DNA of 40,286 bases from Streptosporangiaceae bacterium (GTDB lineage: Bacteria; Actinomycetota; Actinomycetes; Streptosporangiales; Streptosporangiaceae): assembly GCA_035473755.1 (NCBI GenBank), contig DATINY010000333.1, positions 1 to 40,286 of the forward strand, read 5' to 3'. How positions within the stretch are numbered: position 1 is the first letter of the stretch; every line of letters begins with the position of its first letter. The notes below the pieces were generated by a model. The model ran no database searches. It was given only the letters and a program-made list of their open reading frames with translations, and was not told the DNA's origin. Positions 39,507 through 40,286 of the stretch are shown here, piece after piece. The translations under genes were made by a program, and so were the position numbers.

Positions 39507-40286
39507 ATGATCGAGCACCTGGTCCCCGCGATGGTGGAGATCTGCGGCCGGGACGGGGTGGTGACCGACCCGGCCGACCTGCGCACCTACGAGTGCGACG
39601 GCCTCACCTCGCACCGCGCCGTGCCCGGGCTGGTCGTCCTGCCGCAGACCGCGGAGCAGGTCGCGGCGGTGGTCCGGGTGTGCGCCGGGGCGGGCGTCCC
39701 GTTCGTGGCCCGCGGCAGCGGGACCGGGCTGTCCGGCGGCGCGCTCGGCCGCACGGACGGGGTGCTGATCGTCACCTCCCGGATGCGCCGCATCATCGCC
39801 ATCGACCCGGACAGCCAGCGGGCGATCGTCGAGCCGGGAGTCACCAACCTGGCGGTGAGCACCGCGGCCCGCCCGTTCGGCTACTTCTATGCCCCCGACC
39901 CGTCCAGCCAGCAGGTCTGCTCGGTCGGCGGCAACGTGGCGGAGAACTCCGGCGGCGCCCACTGCCTCAAGCACGGCTTCACCGTGCACCACGTCACCGG
40001 GCTGGAGATCGTCACCCCGGCGGGCGAGCTGACCTGGCTGGGCGACGGCACCGGGGCGGCGCCCGGCTACGACCTGGTGGGGGCCTTCATCGGCTCCGAG
40101 GGCACGCTCGGCATCGTCACCAAGATCATCGTGAAGCTGAGCCGGATCCCGCAGATGGTCACCTGCCTGCTGGCCGCGTTCGAGACCACCGGCGCGGGCG
40201 GGACGGCGGTGTCGGCGATCATCGGGGCGGGCATCGTCCCGGCCGCCATCGAGATGATGGACGCGCTCTCGATCGAGGCCGCCGAG
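39507..40286 (+). CDS. glcD: FAD-linked oxidase, glycolate oxidase subunit GlcD-like (N-terminal 260 codons; continues beyond the window)
   Basis: Absent from the ORF track because there is no stop in the window. AAGGGG lies 6 nt upstream of ATG at 39507. My translation reads MIEHLVPAMVEICGRDGVVTDPADLRTYECDGLTSHRAVPGLVVLPQTAEQVAAVVRVCAGAGVPFVARGSGTGLSGGA...GGNVAENSGGAHCLKHG. Confidence 0.85.
   Translation, partial: MIEHLVPAMVEICGRDGVVTDPADLRTYECDGLTSHRAVPGLVVLPQTAEQVAAVVRVCAGAGVPFVARGSGTGLSGGALGRTDGVLIVTSRMRRIIAIDPDSQRAIVEPGVTNLAVSTAARPFGYFYAPDPSSQQVCSVGGNVAENSGGAHCLKHGFTVHHVTGLEIVTPAGELTWLGDGTGAAPGYDLVGAFIGSEGTLGIVTKIIVKLSRIPQMVTCLLAAFETTGAGGTAVSAIIGAGIVPAAIEMMDALSIEAAE

Overview
High-GC (over 70% by eye) actinobacterial chromosomal window, almost entirely coding. 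I call 36 protein-coding genes, two of them cut by the window edges, plus one frameshifted pseudogene. The backbone is a conserved housekeeping neighbourhood: dgt-ppdK, glyQS, uppS-recO, leuA, era-(CBS/CorC)-ybeY-phoH-HIT, rsmE-dnaJ-hrcA, DUF3097-hemW, lepA/rpsT/holA, hflX and aceB-glcD. Lineage-variable genes are interspersed: two paralogous ECF sigma factor plus membrane-anchored partner pairs, a DesK/NarL-type two-component system, a double-GNAT acetyltransferase, DUF2332, MOSC, DUF1707/DUF4190 and a HutI-like amidohydrolase. I saw no rRNA, tRNA, CRISPR array, transposase/integrase or recognisable defence or toxin genes. I do not find a convincing novel multi-gene system; this looks like an ordinary core region. 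The observations most worth a second look are: (1) a 15-codon leader ORF with four consecutive Leu codons, followed by a perfect 10-bp anti-SD/SD hairpin in front of leuA; (2) a 24-bp perfect palindrome plus heptamer repeats in the leuA/kinase divergent region; (3) a 1-nt frameshift splitting the conserved phoH gene; (4) the two ECF sigma/partner modules inserted into conserved synteny; (5) a 416-bp lower-GC non-coding gap between hflX and the amidohydrolase gene. Several longest-ORF starts in the track appear too long (ppdK, hrcA, rpsT, holA, the CBS/CorC gene, MOSC, DUF3097, leuA), and I give my preferred starts. Many long ORFs antisense to the real genes are high-GC artefacts. All homology statements come from motif recognition by eye, not from database searches.
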